This document shows positions 47,017 through 57,688 of a stretch of 64,000 nucleotides of DNA, one piece after another. Every line of letters begins with the position of its first letter. Position 1 is the first letter of the stretch. The translations under genes were made by a program, and so were the position numbers. The notes below the pieces were generated by a model. The model worked only from the letters and a program-made list of their open reading frames with translations. It was not told the origin of the DNA and did no database searches. Where the stretch lies: the NCBI GenBank assembly GCA_003021085.1, contig PXRE01000009.1, positions 16,334 to 80,333 on the forward strand, in the 5' to 3' direction. Origin of the DNA: Halobacteriales archaeon QS_1_68_20. Lineage in GTDB: Archaea > Halobacteriota > Halobacteria > Halobacteriales > PXRE01.

Positions 47017-48828
47017 CTACTTCCCCCAGAAGGGGTCCCGCGACCGGCGCTTCTCCAGGTACATGTTCAGCGCCTCCCGCTCGTCCATCGGGATGTCCTC
47101 CAGCAGTTCCTGCTCCAGGATCTTTGCGTGTTTCTCCGGCAGGTACGTCCAGAGTTCGTCGCCCTCGTCGACCTGGCGGCCGACCGTCGGGCCGTCGATG
47201 GCGACGCTCATCCGCTCGCCCGCGCGGGCCTCGTCGACGTCCTCGCCCTGGTCCTGGATGCCCTGGACCTCGCCGACGCGCTCGGGGTCGTCGCCGTCGA
47301 ACTTCGCCACGCCGACGTTGCGCTCCAGGGTGCCGGACATGACCTCGACGCCGATCACCGCGGGATCGGACTGGCGGAAGACGTGGTCCTCCAGGATGCG
47401 GAACCGGCACGGCCGGGTGATGTTCTCGAGCACCTGCTCCTGCTGGGCCTGCTCCAGTTCCTCGACGAACTCCTCGTATTCCTCGACCAGGCGGTAGATG
47501 ACCTCGCTCTCGAAGATGCGGACGTCCGCCAGGTCTGCCTCGTCGGCGGCGTCGTCGAGCACGTCCACGTTGAACCCCAGGACGACCCGGTGTTCGGGCT
47601 GATCGGCGGTGTCTGCGACCGTCACGTCACGGGGAGCGACGTCGCCGACCTCCGCGCGGACGATGGGGACCTCCGCCTCTTCGAGGGCGTCGGCCATCGC
47701 TTCGAGGCTGCCGAGCGTGTCGGCCTTGACGACGACGCCGTCCTCCTCGGTGCTGACGGCGACCTCGGCGAGTTCGGCCCGGACCTCAGCGACGACGTCC
47801 TCCACGGGGCGGTCGCCGACGACCCGGACGGGCGCCCCGGCCATCGCGTCCGCCAGTTCCGGGGCGGCGATCTTGATCCCGGACGCGGCCGTCACGTCGG
47901 GGACCTGCTCGAACCGGCTCTCGGCGCGAATCTCGGCGAGCGACCGGGGTTTCAGCAGTGCACGGACGTCGGTGACGATCGGTTCCTCGGTGCCGCCGAC
48001 GACGATCCGGTCGTCCTCGCTGATCGTCCCGTCGTACAGGACGACGTCGACGGTGGTGCCGAACCCCTTCTCTTCCTTGACTTCGAGGACGGTGCCGGCC
48101 CCCGGTCCGGAGACGTCGATCTCCATCTCTTCCCGGAGGTACCGCTGTGACAGGCCCATCAGGACGGTCAGCAGGTCGGGGATGCCCTCGCCCGTCTTCG
48201 CGCTGACGGGGACGACGCCGACGTTGGCCTGGAAGTCCTGCACGCGCCAGTACATGTCCGCCGAGAACCCGGCGTCGCTGAGGTCGCCGATGATCTCGTA
48301 CAGCGAGTCGTCCAGTCGCGAGGTCGCGTTGTCGCTCTGGGCCTCGTAGGTTTCCTGGATCGGCGTGTCCTCGTTGGGGTTCCACCCGGGGACGGCGTCG
48401 ATCTTGTTCGCGGCGACGACGAACGGCGTCTCCGAGCGCCGGAGGATGTCCAGGGCCTCCTCGGTCTGGGGCTGGAAGCCGTCGTTGACGTCCACGACGA
48501 GGATGGCGATGTCCGCGAGCGCCCCGCCGCGCGCCCGCAGGGTCGAGAACGAGTGGTGGCCGGGCGTGTCGATGAACAGCAGGCCGGGCAGGTCGAAGTC
48601 GTCGGGATCGACGAGCCGGCCCGCGACCGTCGAGACGACGTCCAGGGGGACCGCCGTGGCGCCGATGTGCTGGGTGATCGCGCCGGACTCGGCCTCGGCC
48701 ACGGTCGAGCCGCGGACCTTGTCCAGGAGGGTGGTCTTGCCGTGGTCGACGTGACCCAGGACGGCGACGATGGGCGTGCGAAGCGTCTCGGAGGCCGGGA
48801 TTTCGGGGTCTTGATCGGGTTCCGACAT
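47017..48828 (-). CDS. infB: Translation initiation factor IF-2 (aIF5B)
   Basis: GHVDHGKT, GAITQHIG, DTPGH, NKID, KADTLGSLEA; ends DPFWGK. Confidence 0.97.
   Translation of the reverse strand: MSEPDQDPEIPASETLRTPIVAVLGHVDHGKTTLLDKVRGSTVAEAESGAITQHIGATAVPLDVVSTVAGRLVDPDDFDLPGLLFIDTPGHHSFSTLRARGGALADIAILVVDVNDGFQPQTEEALDILRRSETPFVVAANKIDAVPGWNPNEDTPIQETYEAQSDNATSRLDDSLYEIIGDLSDAGFSADMYWRVQDFQANVGVVPVSAKTGEGIPDLLTVLMGLSQRYLREEMEIDVSGPGAGTVLEVKEEKGFGTTVDVVLYDGTISEDDRIVVGGTEEPIVTDVRALLKPRSLAEIRAESRFEQVPDVTAASGIKIAAPELADAMAGAPVRVVGDRPVEDVVAEVRAELAEVAVSTEEDGVVVKADTLGSLEAMADALEEAEVPIVRAEVGDVAPRDVTVADTADQPEHRVVLGFNVDVLDDAADEADLADVRIFESEVIYRLVEEYEEFVEELEQAQQEQVLENITRPCRFRILEDHVFRQSDPAVIGVEVMSGTLERNVGVAKFDGDDPERVGEVQGIQDQGEDVDEARAGERMSVAIDGPTVGRQVDEGDELWTYLPEKHAKILEQELLEDIPMDEREALNMYLEKRRSRDPFWGK
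47019..47032. repeat. att core (right), within the infB 3' end
   Basis: ACTTCCCCCAGAAG overlapping the infB FWGK codons and stop. Confidence 0.88.
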
Positions 48829-49041
48829 AGATGTGCCCTCCGGGAAAAGGTTCTTACTTCGATGGAGTCGCGCGCGCGGTTTAAGCGCACGGGTTCGGCC
48901 CGGGGCGGCCAGCACGGCCCGGCACGCCGACGTCACCAGCCGACGGTTTCGGGCACCCCACCCGATTCCGTCGGTCCCACGATGGTTAGCCCCGTGACAG
49001 GAAAATTTTTTAACAGATGGCCGTGAGGGACGTCCAGAGTC

Positions 49042-52000
49042 ATGAACGACGATCGACATGACGACCCGGTCGAACTGCTCAGGCGGGAACTGCTCCGGAG
49101 CGGGGCGGTTCTCGGCGGGACGGCCGGATTGAGCTTCGGTGGGGCCGCGTCCGCGTGGTCCCGGGGGAGCGGCGGCGCGAACGCGCTCGCGCCGTCGTCG
49201 GACTCGACGTACGTCATCGAGCAAGGTGGGACCAGGATTCCACTGGCCACGGTCGGTGACTCGGGGACCCCGATCGAGGAGATCTACGACGCGAGCGACG
49301 ACGCGACGCCGACGGGGTACGAGGAGGAGGGCGTCAGCAAACTGTTCCTCGTCGAGCGCACCGACGAACCGGGTCTCGGGGTCGTCCACGACCGCGGGAA
49401 CGACCGCCTCCCGTCCGGGGGCGTCGTCGACGACTTCGAGGACGGCGACCTCGACGAGTACAGCCAGCACCGTGGTGGCAGCGCGGCAGTTACCTCGACC
49501 AGGCCTTTCGAGGGGTCGCACTCGCTGGAACTGACGACCCCCGGTGGCGGCGGCGCGTCGAAGGTCCTCTCGACGTCCGGCCTGGAGCGGTACCCCGAGG
49601 CCGGCGACGTCTACCGCACGCGGTGGTACCGCAGTAGCTCGGACTCTCGTGGCCGGAACCGGCTGTACTTCGGCGTCCAGGACGCCGCCAACTACTACGA
49701 GGTGTACGTCAACTACCCGCACAACGACTTCGAACTCCGGAAGTTCGTGGACGGGAACCGGACGACCCTCGCGTCCGCGAACGAGACCCCCCGGAAGGAC
49801 ACCTGGGTCGACTGGACCATCGACTGGGGGACCGACGGGACGATCACGGCCACGTACGACGACGGGCAGAATTCGGGGTCGCTGACCGCGACGGACGACC
49901 AGTGGACCGAGGGCGGCGTCGGGTTCTACCAGCAGGTCGCGTCGGGTGGCGTGAAGGCGTGGTTCGACGACGCACGGATTGTCTCGGGGTCTTCAACGGT
50001 GGTACTCGACGGCTTCGAGGACGGCGACGTGAGCGAGTACGCCGAGGACGCCGACAATACGGGACCGGCGTCGTTCCGGGCGGTCCCGGCGTCAGACGTC
50101 GGACTGGCCGCCCCGGAGGGGTCGACGGTCGGCCAGTTACAGGTCGACGGGACGCTGGACGGGTGGTGGACGGACCTGGGCGACCGGGGTCGGACGATCC
50201 AGGCCGGCGACCGGTTCGGCTTCCACGCGTACAACGGCAAACAACACGGGACGGTCTCGCTGACGTACTGGCGCAACGTGGGCGAGGCCGCGACCACCGG
50301 GCTGACGTTGCGCCTCGAGTACAAGTCCCAGCAACTGATCTGGCGGGACCGCGCCGACGGATCGACGTATGCCAGCGCGGACCAGTCGCTGGCCGCCGAC
50401 ACCTGGTACTGGGTGGAAGTCGAGATCTCCGACGACGGGGCCACGCACACGGCCAAACTCTACGACGAGCGAGGCGGGACGCTGCTGAACTCGCTCTCGG
50501 CGGAGTTCCCCGGCGGACAGGCGGACGGGATCGAGTGGCGCTACGGCTGGTGGAACCTCGACGGGACCGCGTACGTCGACGGCCTCGAACTGCTGGAGAC
50601 GGACCGGACGGACACCGGCGGGGCCCCTGGGTCGTCGAGGACGAACTGACGTCGTACCTCCCCGACGAGGGACTGGCGCACTGGCAGTGGGGTGCCAGCG
50701 AGGCCGCCGGCGGCGTGCTCAGTGGTGCGCTCCCGGGTGAGGACGGCCTGACGATCCGCCCCTCGTTCGGGGACAGCTCCGGGATCGACGACTGGCAGGT
50801 GCTCTCGACCGGGACCGGCTCCACGTCGGGGTTCTCGACGGACTTCGAGGGCGGTCTCGCGGACGCCTGGCAGGACGCGGCCGACTTCGGGACCGACGAC
50901 GGCGACCTGGTCGCCAGCGGTGGCGGCAAGATGTGGCGCGAGCAGTCCTCGGCCACCGGCGTCTTCGAGGTGCAGGACGTCCAGAACACTGCCAGCTACA
51001 CCGGGATCCGGAGCGCGTTCGTCGCCCAGGAGACGAAGTACGATGGCGCCGAGGGGTACGGCCTCCGGTGGATCCAGCACAGGAACGACAGCAACGACGA
51101 GGACTACTGGAGCGGGGACATCCGGCTGGAGCGACTGGATTCGCCCGCCGACAAGGGCCCGACGACGCTGGCGAAATTGACCGCGGACCACGACGGGCGG
51201 GTCAACACGGTCCGCGTCGAGCGCACGAAGACCGACGAGAGCGACGACGGCGACGAGGAGTACACCTTCGAGTGGACGCTGACGTACGCGGACGGGACCA
51301 CGAAGAGCGGGACGTACGTCGAGGGGTTCGACGAGACGTCCTACACCGAGTCGGACTACTGGGTGCAACGGCACGATTCCGGCGGCGCAAGCCAGCGTGT
51401 CGGCGGCATCAGCGTCGAGGGCAGGGACGGGGTCGGGTGGACGTCGCTGTCGACCGAGGACCCGGTGACGATCCGGACGGAGGTCAGCAGGGACCTCCAG
51501 ACGTACGTCGGGTACAAGCGCGACAAGATCGAACGGATCAGGAACATCACGACGGCGATGTTCGCCGACTACGACACGCCGAAGGATCCGGCGTCCGTCG
51601 ACTCCGCGGCCGAGCGGTACCTCGACAACCTCGAACCGCGGCTGGACGAGATGGGCCCCGACGAGGCCAGACTGCACATGGAGGTCCTCCAGCGGCTGAA
51701 CGCGGGCGAGCGCGTCAGCTTGGCGGCGTTGAACGCAGTGAACGCGGAACTTGGGCTGAACGACCAGACCGTCGTCGAGCAGTTCGCGGACGCGGCGGTC
51801 GACGCCCTCTCGTCGTTCATGATGGGCAAACTGTTCGAGCGGGTCGCCAGGGTCGGCCGCGCCGGCTCCTCCAGCGCGACCCGAAAGCTCATCCAGTCGT
51901 CGACCTTCGAGGACTTCGTCACGGGGCTGAACCGCCAGGTCGACAGCGTCTTCTTCGGGTCGACGTTCGGCGACGAGTTCTACGAGCGAATCGTCCGCAC

Positions 52001-53021
52001 CGTCAAGCGCGACCAGCTCGCGTTCTACCACCTCTGGGAGGACGACGACCTGGGCGGGAGCATCACGAACCTCTACCAGACCTCGATCAAGCACGGCGGA
52101 TCGCTCCCGTCGTTCGACGAAGGCGGGAACCTCGCCGGGGCGAGCTTCTTCACGCAGGTCGAGAAGATGCTCGACGAGGCCAAGCGGTACGTCGAGCGGA
52201 CGACCTACGAGTCGGCGGTGTTCCGTGACGACGGCATCCCCAACCAGATGCCCGTCGAGTTCGGCCCGGTGAGCAGGGAACTGCCGAACATCCCGGACGC
52301 GGTGCCGGTCCCGTACGCCGACGAGGCCGAGGACGCCGCGAACACGGTGCTGGGCTGGATCGAGGAGACCGCCGAGAGCGCGGGCGAGATCAAGGAACTC
52401 CCGTCGGTGAACATCGAGCAACTGGAGGACCCCGAGATCGACCTCCCGGACGAGATCCCGCTGCCGGACGCCTGGTCGTTCCCCGAAGAGGTCGGGATCG
52501 ACCGGATCGAGATCGACGCCGGCCGGGCCATCAACCAGGTCGACGAACTCATCCCGCTGGGGTACTCCGGGGTCGGTGCCGAGCTCGCCGAGGAGGTGAC
52601 GATCCTCGTCGACAAGGTCAGGGAGGGCGAACTCGACCGCCAGCCCGCCGAGATCCGCTCGAAACTCGTCTCGCTGTACGTCGACTTCTACGAGCAACTC
52701 GTCGCGGGGATGGAGGTGATGTTCACCGGTTACGACGTGATGCGGAAGATCGGCGACATCGCCGAGCGGATCGCCCTGGGCGTCGCGGGCGTGACCGTCC
52801 TCGTGGTCTCGATGCTGTCGCTGATCGGGTTCGGCGCCGGCCTCGTGCTGGTGCCGGTCCTGGCCATCTACGTAGAGATCATCGGCCTGTTGAACGTGGT
52901 GGTCGCGGCCGTCGAGGGGATCACCGGCTACGCCTTCCTCGCCACCGCGATGACCGGGCACAGCGCCTCCGTCACGAAGCTGTTGAACGCGGACCTGAAG
53001 CGCCTGGAGGAGGTGCTGTAG
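49042..53021 (+). pseudogene. Large Tat-exported multidomain protein, frameshifted near 50625
   Basis: RRELLRSG Tat signal; repeated D(D/G)FEDG beta-sandwich domains; helical C-terminal half with hydrophobic segments. Confidence 0.7.
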
Positions 53022-54083
53022 ATGGCGCTGGAAACCGTCGAGGCGATGCGGGACGCCCTCGCCGACGACCGCAACGAGGAAGTCGTCGAGCTGGTCGACC
53101 GACTCAACGCCGCCTTCGGCGACCTCCGGGCCCGCGAGGAGGGCTACATCGGCAAGGCGCGGGCGGTCCGCTCCTCCGGCGAGGCCGACGAGGCGGCCCG
53201 GCAGGCGGCGCTGGCCCTGCACCAGCAGGTCGGCCAGGCGACCGCCGCCCGCGGCCGGGTGCACGGCGCGGTCGGCGGGTACGTGAGCGGCGAGCTGTCC
53301 GGCGAGGAGGCGGCGTCGCAGGTCGGCGACCAGGTCGGGACGTTCGAGGACCTGAACGCCGCCGCCGCCGAACTCGACGAGACGGCACCCACCGACGCCC
53401 TGCCGCCGACGCTCGTGGTGACCGGCCCGCGAACCACCGCCATCCCGAAAGGACGGTCGCTCGACGGGGACGTCGTCGTCGGGAACGTCGGCGGTAGCGC
53501 CGCCGGGGACGTCGCGGTCTCGGTCGAGTCCTCGCCGACGGTGGACCTCTCGCTGTCACGGACGACCATCGACGTCCCCGCCGACGGCGAGGAGACGGTG
53601 ACCCTCTCGGGGGTGCCACGCGAGGACGCCGAGGTCACGGTCGAGGCGACCACGGGCGACCAGGTCGCTCGGACGGAGTTCGTCGTCAACGTCCGTGACA
53701 AACGCGAGATCGTCGGCGAAATCGTCACGGACGTCTTCGAACTGCTCAAGCGGCTCCGGGCGGCGCTCGACCGGGGCGGTGACGGCAACGGCGGCGGCAA
53801 GGGGAACTCCAGCGGCAAGGGCGCTTCCTCGAAGAGCTTCGAGGCGAAGCTCGAGGCGGTCACGAAGTCCGTGGCGACCGCGTTCGACGGCATCGAGGAC
53901 GGCGACCCGCCGGGTGCGGCCGACGGGAAACTCCGGGCGGCCGCGAACCAGGCGCAGGCCTTCGTGAACGAGGTCGAGGCCCAGCGCGACAAACGCCTCC
54001 CCGAGGGTGCGGCGGCGGAACTCGCCGCCGACGGACGGTCGCTGGTCGCTACCATCGAGGAGGCCCGCGAGGCCGAACGGTAG
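53022..54083 (+). CDS. Hypothetical protein with Ig-like (CARDB-like) and FIMAH-like domains
   Basis: VGNVGGSAAGDVAVSV; NQAQAFVNEVEAQRDKRL; starts immediately after the upstream stop. Confidence 0.7.
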   Translation: MALETVEAMRDALADDRNEEVVELVDRLNAAFGDLRAREEGYIGKARAVRSSGEADEAARQAALALHQQVGQATAARGRVHGAVGGYVSGELSGEEAASQVGDQVGTFEDLNAAAAELDETAPTDALPPTLVVTGPRTTAIPKGRSLDGDVVVGNVGGSAAGDVAVSVESSPTVDLSLSRTTIDVPADGEETVTLSGVPREDAEVTVEATTGDQVARTEFVVNVRDKREIVGEIVTDVFELLKRLRAALDRGGDGNGGGKGNSSGKGASSKSFEAKLEAVTKSVATAFDGIEDGDPPGAADGKLRAAANQAQAFVNEVEAQRDKRLPEGAAAELAADGRSLVATIEEAREAER

Positions 54084-54176
54084 GGCCGGCCGACGTATCT
54101 TGCACGGTCCGGACGGGGAACACTACGGGACCCCCGTCCCGTGGCGTTTATGTGGGCCGACGCAGAACACGGAATC

Positions 54177-54422
54177 ATGCCGGACATACTGGCGGAAAAC
54201 CTCTCGGGGAAGGCCGTCATGGGCGACGACGGCACCGAACTCGGGATGCTATACAACATTACGATGGATCTGGACACCGGGCGGCTCCGTGATCTGCTGG
54301 TCGAACCGAACGCGGAGACGCCCGTGGGAACGATCAACTTCGGGACCGACGAGGAGGGCCGTTTCGAGGTGCCCGTCGGTCGGGTGCAGGCAGTCAAGGA
54401 TTACATCGTCATTCAGCGATAG
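54177..54422 (+). CDS. PRC-barrel domain protein
   Basis: LAENLSGKAVMGDDGTELGMLYNITMDLDTG. Confidence 0.9.
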   Translation: MPDILAENLSGKAVMGDDGTELGMLYNITMDLDTGRLRDLLVEPNAETPVGTINFGTDEEGRFEVPVGRVQAVKDYIVIQR

Positions 54423-54436
54423 TCGGAGCCGCCCAA

Positions 54437-54901
54437 ATGTACGTTCTCGACGCTTCCGCGTTCATCCACGAGTACCACACCACAGAGCAGATGGCGACGG
54501 TCCCGATGGTCCGGGAGGAACTCGAAGACGAGAGTGCCTACCGCTACGACGCCATGGAGGGTGCGGGGATGCACATCCACATCCCCAGCGACGAGACCGT
54601 CGAGACCGTCCAGCGCGCCGCCAAGGAACTGGGCGACCACGACGAACTCTCCGAGACCGACGTTCGACTGCTCGCGGCCGCCTTCGAACTGGACGGCACG
54701 CTCGTGACCGACGACTACGCGATGCAGAACGTCGCGGATCGACTGGACGTTCGCATCGACATGATCGCCCGCGACGGCATCACCGAACAGCGCGAGTGGC
54801 TGTTCCAGTGCCAGGGCTGTGGCCGCGAGTTCGAGGAGAACAAGGACCGCTGTCCGATCTGCGGTAGTTCGCTGTCCCGGAAGAACCCCTCGAACGCCTA
54901 G
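54437..54901 (+). CDS. nob1: Nob1-family endonuclease
   Basis: YVLDASAFI, LSETD, TDDYAMQNVA, CQGC...CPICG. Confidence 0.92.
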   Translation: MYVLDASAFIHEYHTTEQMATVPMVREELEDESAYRYDAMEGAGMHIHIPSDETVETVQRAAKELGDHDELSETDVRLLAAAFELDGTLVTDDYAMQNVADRLDVRIDMIARDGITEQREWLFQCQGCGREFEENKDRCPICGSSLSRKNPSNA

Positions 54902-55992
54902 GCGCCCCCGGTCAACTGCACGTACAGCAGCCAGAACTGGATCGCGTTGAACGTCCCGTGGACGAACGCCGGGACCAGGAGGTTCTTCGTCCGGAGGTAC
55001 ACCGTCCCCAGCACCAGCGACAGGCAGAAGACCGCGAGGACGTTGGAGGGGTTCCACCCGTAGGCCGGGAAGTGGACGGCGCCGAAGATGACGCTGGCCA
55101 GGACCACGGCCCCGACGTCGCTGAAGTGGTCGTACAGCCGCTTCTGGATGACGTTGCGGAACAGCAACTCCTCGCCGGGGCCGACGAAGACGTACGAGGC
55201 CGGGATCATCACGAGCAGGATGTCGGGGTTGCCCTGCGCCTGGTCGACGATGGCGTGCTCGCCGGACTGGACGCCCAGCACCGAGAACGCCAGCGTGACG
55301 GCAATCAGGACGGCGAACAACGCGATCACGCCCCCGACTGCGTACCCCAGGTCCCGGAGCGACGGGACGGTGACGTCGACGTAGTCCAGGCCCACGCCGA
55401 TGGTCCGGAGGGCGACGAACGCCGTCGTGCCCATCCCGATGCCCAGCGCCAGCGTCGAGAGCGCGTTGGCGAGCAGGCGGGTCGACTCCACGCCCACGAT
55501 CTGCAGGACGATCAGCATGAGCAACGTCACGACGTAGATCGACAGCAGGCCACCGATGCCGACGACGGTGTAGATGACCGTCGCCTTCCCCATCGTGAGG
55601 AGTTGGTCGTCGGGAACGTCCCGGTACGCGAGGTACGCGGCGACGAGGCCGATGGCGCCGCCGGCCGCGGCGACGTTCGGGCCGCTGGAGAGCGCTGCCT
55701 CGCTGACTGGCCTTTGGTAGCCGCCGTAGAAGGCGTAGCCAACCAGCGCGGCGGAGGCCGCCCCCGCGACCGCCGCGGCGAGTCTGTGACCGATGCGGTC
55801 GTACCGAAGCCCGAGGAAGGCCGCCAGCGCCACGACTGCGAGCACGCTCGTGACGACCCCGAACCCGTCGTCGACGCCGGTGATCGCGGGCCACGCGCGG
55901 GTCGCGCCCACGAGCGCGACGGCGGCGCCGACGACGCCCGCTCCCGCGGCCGGCCGTCGTCGCACGCTCTCGGGCATCCTCGTCTCGACCAT
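54898..55992 (-). CDS. CPBP-family intramembrane glutamic endopeptidase
   Basis: EELLFR, FGAVH, HGTFN. Confidence 0.9.
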   Translation of the reverse strand: MVETRMPESVRRRPAAGAGVVGAAVALVGATRAWPAITGVDDGFGVVTSVLAVVALAAFLGLRYDRIGHRLAAAVAGAASAALVGYAFYGGYQRPVSEAALSSGPNVAAAGGAIGLVAAYLAYRDVPDDQLLTMGKATVIYTVVGIGGLLSIYVVTLLMLIVLQIVGVESTRLLANALSTLALGIGMGTTAFVALRTIGVGLDYVDVTVPSLRDLGYAVGGVIALFAVLIAVTLAFSVLGVQSGEHAIVDQAQGNPDILLVMIPASYVFVGPGEELLFRNVIQKRLYDHFSDVGAVVLASVIFGAVHFPAYGWNPSNVLAVFCLSLVLGTVYLRTKNLLVPAFVHGTFNAIQFWLLYVQLTGGA

Positions 55993-56099
55993 GTCCGGTC
56001 GTTCCCTCAGCGTCCCTAAAGCTTCTGCGTTCCCGGTCGACGGTCGGATTTCGGGGGCGTCGTGGGGTTGGCCTGTTCTGGTGGATTCTTCGCTCCTCC

Positions 56100-56250
56100 G
56101 TCAGCCCTCTGGCGCGCGCGAGCACCGCGCGCGAGGTTCCCGCCGAGCGGGAGCTCGGGAGAGCTCGCTCTGACGGTGGACGAGCAACGCAGGTGGCGCG
56201 AACGGACGTGAGCGCCCCGAGTAGCGCAATCGGTTGGGGAGGCCGTGGCC
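56100..56250. repeat. Palindromic intergenic repeat (REP/MITE-like)
   Basis: GCGCGCG-AGCAC-CGCGCGC; GAGCAACGCAGG...CCGAGTAGCGCA resembles the reverse complement of part of 1093-1250. Confidence 0.55.
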
Positions 56251-56261
56251 ATCCCTAGGTT

Positions 56262-56315
56262 TTGCATGCCGCTAGCGTCGATCCTGTCCGATCCAGCAAG
56301 ACTAGCGGCATGCAA
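56262..56315. repeat. Perfect 14-bp inverted repeat (hairpin)
   Basis: TTGCATGCCGCTAG (56262-56275) and CTAGCGGCATGCAA (56302-56315). Confidence 0.85.
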
Positions 56316-56410
56316 CGCCCAGGGGTCAACCTCACGCCTCCCCAGCCGTGGGGTTCGGCCCGGCGACCGACCGCCGAGGTCGCCGGGCCTCACCTGGACC
56401 CTCGCGCGCG

Positions 56411-57688
56411 TTACTCGGCCAGTTCGTCACCGGGCCGCTCGGGCAGGTCGCCGGTCCGCAGGGACTCGCGGGTCGCCTCCTTCCCCCACTCGACCGCCGG
56501 TTGATCGAAGGCGTCGACGCCGAACAGTTCGCCCACCAGGATGCAGGCGGCCTCCATGCCGTAGAGCAGTTCGCCCAATCCGCGGGCGTCCACGCGGTCG
56601 AGTTCGATCCGGACGGACGGCCGCCCCGCAGCGGCGAGACTGGCCGCCGTGGCGTCGAGTTCGGTATCCAGCAGTTCACCGAGGCTCGTCCCCGAGAGGT
56701 ACGAGAGCGCCTCGGCGTCCGGGTCGGGGATGGCGCGGTCCTCGCGCTCGCCGGGCGCGACGAACGTCACGAGTTTGTCACGCGGGCCCGCGCGGTACAG
56801 TTGTAACTGGGAGTGCTGGTCGGTCGCGCCGAGCGCGCGGGCGGGCGTCTGGCCGATGTCGTCCTTGCCGAGGCTCTCGGCCCACAGTTGCGCGAACCAC
56901 TCCGCGAACGTCTCCAGCGATTCGGCGTACGGCATCATCGCGTTCACGGCCGCGCCACGTTCGGCCAGGGCGTAACTGACCGCGCCGTATGCGTACGCCG
57001 GACAGTCGAACAGTGACCCGGCCAGCGACTCCGCGCCGGCCGCACCGCCGGCCAGCAGGCCCTCGATGTCGACGCCGCAGATGGCGGGCGCGGCGAGGCC
57101 GACCGGCGACAGCGCAGAGAACCGGCCGGGGACGCCCTCGGGGACCGGGAGCGTCGGCAGGTCGTGGCGCTCGGCCAGGTCCGCGAGCGGCCCGTCGTCG
57201 CCGGTGAGCACCAGCGTCCGCTCGGTCCAGTCGACGCCGGCGCGCTCGAAGGCCTCCCGGCAGACCAGGAAGTTCGCCAGCGTCTCGGCGGTCGTCCCCG
57301 AGCGCGAGACGGCGACCAGCGCCGTCTCCGACAGGGGAAGGTCGTCGAGGCGGTCGGCCACCCACGCGGGGTCGACGTTGTCGAGGTAGTAGGCGTCTGC
57401 GCCGGTCGGCAGCGCGGCCGTGATGGTCGCGGCCCCCAGAGCGCTCCCGCCGATGCCTGCGGTGAGGACGGCCGAGGCGTCCGCAAGCGGGTCGACTGCT
57501 CGCCTGATGGCGTCCGGGTCGGTCCGCTCCGGCAGGTTCAGGGCGGCGTAGCCGTGTTCCTCGTCCGCCCGGCCGGCCTCGATGCGCCTGTGGGCCTGCG
57601 CTACCCGGGCGTCCAGTCGCTCCAGCGACTCCCGGGCGACCCCCGGGCTGGCGACCCCCGCGAGCGCGTTGCCGATGTCGACGCGCAT
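56411..57688 (-). CDS. pgi: Glucose-6-phosphate isomerase
   Basis: GIGGSALG, SRSGTTAET, GRFSALS, QLWAESLGK, DQPAVEWGK. Confidence 0.95.
   Translation of the reverse strand: MRVDIGNALAGVASPGVARESLERLDARVAQAHRRIEAGRADEEHGYAALNLPERTDPDAIRRAVDPLADASAVLTAGIGGSALGAATITAALPTGADAYYLDNVDPAWVADRLDDLPLSETALVAVSRSGTTAETLANFLVCREAFERAGVDWTERTLVLTGDDGPLADLAERHDLPTLPVPEGVPGRFSALSPVGLAAPAICGVDIEGLLAGGAAGAESLAGSLFDCPAYAYGAVSYALAERGAAVNAMMPYAESLETFAEWFAQLWAESLGKDDIGQTPARALGATDQHSQLQLYRAGPRDKLVTFVAPGEREDRAIPDPDAEALSYLSGTSLGELLDTELDATAASLAAAGRPSVRIELDRVDARGLGELLYGMEAACILVGELFGVDAFDQPAVEWGKEATRESLRTGDLPERPGDELAE

Larger units (their letters stand above)
40005..47032. mobile_element. Integrated element (7,014-bp predicted circle) inserted in the 3' end of infB
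   Basis: 14-bp direct repeat at both ends, integrase near one end, sharp change in tetranucleotide usage at both boundaries. Confidence 0.9.

Noticed and set aside
40005-47032. Calling the element a pleolipovirus or tailed provirus
   Set aside because: I recognise no spike, packaging ATPase, terminase, portal, capsid or Rep gene.
47017-49722. 901-aa N-terminally extended IF2
   Set aside because: The extension is antisense to the neighbouring gene; the plausible start is ATG at 48828.
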